From: Ophelia neglecta
Lineage: Eukaryota
Assembly (NCBI GenBank): GCA_965285935.1
Contig: OZ260661.1
Coordinates: 9,734,001-9,798,000 of the forward strand
Length of the DNA stretch: 64,000 bases
Reading direction: 5' to 3'
The notes under the pieces were generated by a model, which was not told where the DNA came from, made no database searches, and saw only the letters and a program-made list of their open reading frames with translations. Of the stretch, positions 63,344 through 64,000 are shown in pieces. The translations under genes and the position numbers were made by a program. Numbering within the stretch: the first letter of the stretch is position 1; each line of letters starts with the position of its first letter.

Positions 63344-64000
63344 GTCGGAATACATGCTGATAATATGGGAAAGAGGAACTTCTCGGTCAGACTACAGCAC
63401 CATTGTTGTAAGTGATAATCACGTAAGAAGGGAATATGTTGCAATAAATTTGATCTGATTCTATGATTTCAGATTTTATCCCCACAAGTTTGAAAACAAG
63501 TTGATGTTAATATTAGGCTTCTGGAAATTTTAGAACTGCTTTATATATTTATGCAATATGTAAACGAATGATGTTGCCTGGAGAAACCAAATATACACAT
63601 GGAAAGTGTTGTTCGCTGAACATATGTAGCCATTTATTAAACATATATCTATACTTCAGGTATGAACTGAGGATCGCAATACTACAAATCATACTTTTTA
63701 TTATAGGTATGCTTGTAAATATTGAGTTGTCCCCACTTCTGATTATTTTAATCAGAAGGGTACCATTATTGATTTACGAACGAAATATGAATAACTATAT
63801 ATATCATTTAAAATATAAACTATTCAGCATTCTCCGTGATGTGTATAAGACCAAACAATCATTTGATAACGAAACTTGTTATATGAAATATGTTAACAAA
63901 AGTACCCGAAGGACGAAATTGTTGTAATAATGAGACTACAGCTGGATTTGGCTTAATTTACTCAAGAGTAAAGAAACGTTAGATACAAAGGTTCTTATGT

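Overview
Eukaryotic, AT-rich, repeat-dense animal genomic DNA; the SINE and LINE types suggest a mollusc or other lophotrochozoan (inference). There is one intact host gene: an 8-exon stomatin/band-7 (SPFH) gene on the minus strand (ATG 20779, stop 13483, 291 aa, all introns GT-AG and in phase). Most other recognisable features are mobile DNA. These include nested and truncated LINEs, two tRNA-derived SINE families, and Mutator-like and Harbinger-like MITEs. There is an internally deleted Gypsy LTR element with a helix-hairpin-helix-like ORF1 start and an extra, probably spliced ORF. A full-length but defective BEL/Pao element with near-identical LTRs lies next to it, followed by a decayed intron-containing piggyBac. 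The two least expected structures are missed or only fragmentarily captured by the ORF track. One is a foldback-type element (about 48945-54702) whose inverted arms are arrays of a ~220-bp palindromic unit, enclosing a spliced, decayed Ulp1/SENP-like protease gene. The other is a non-coding element (46844-47576) ending in a ~165-nt hairpin with a cGAAg loop and three tandem GA/GA mismatches on the minus strand, suggesting a folded single-stranded DNA end.
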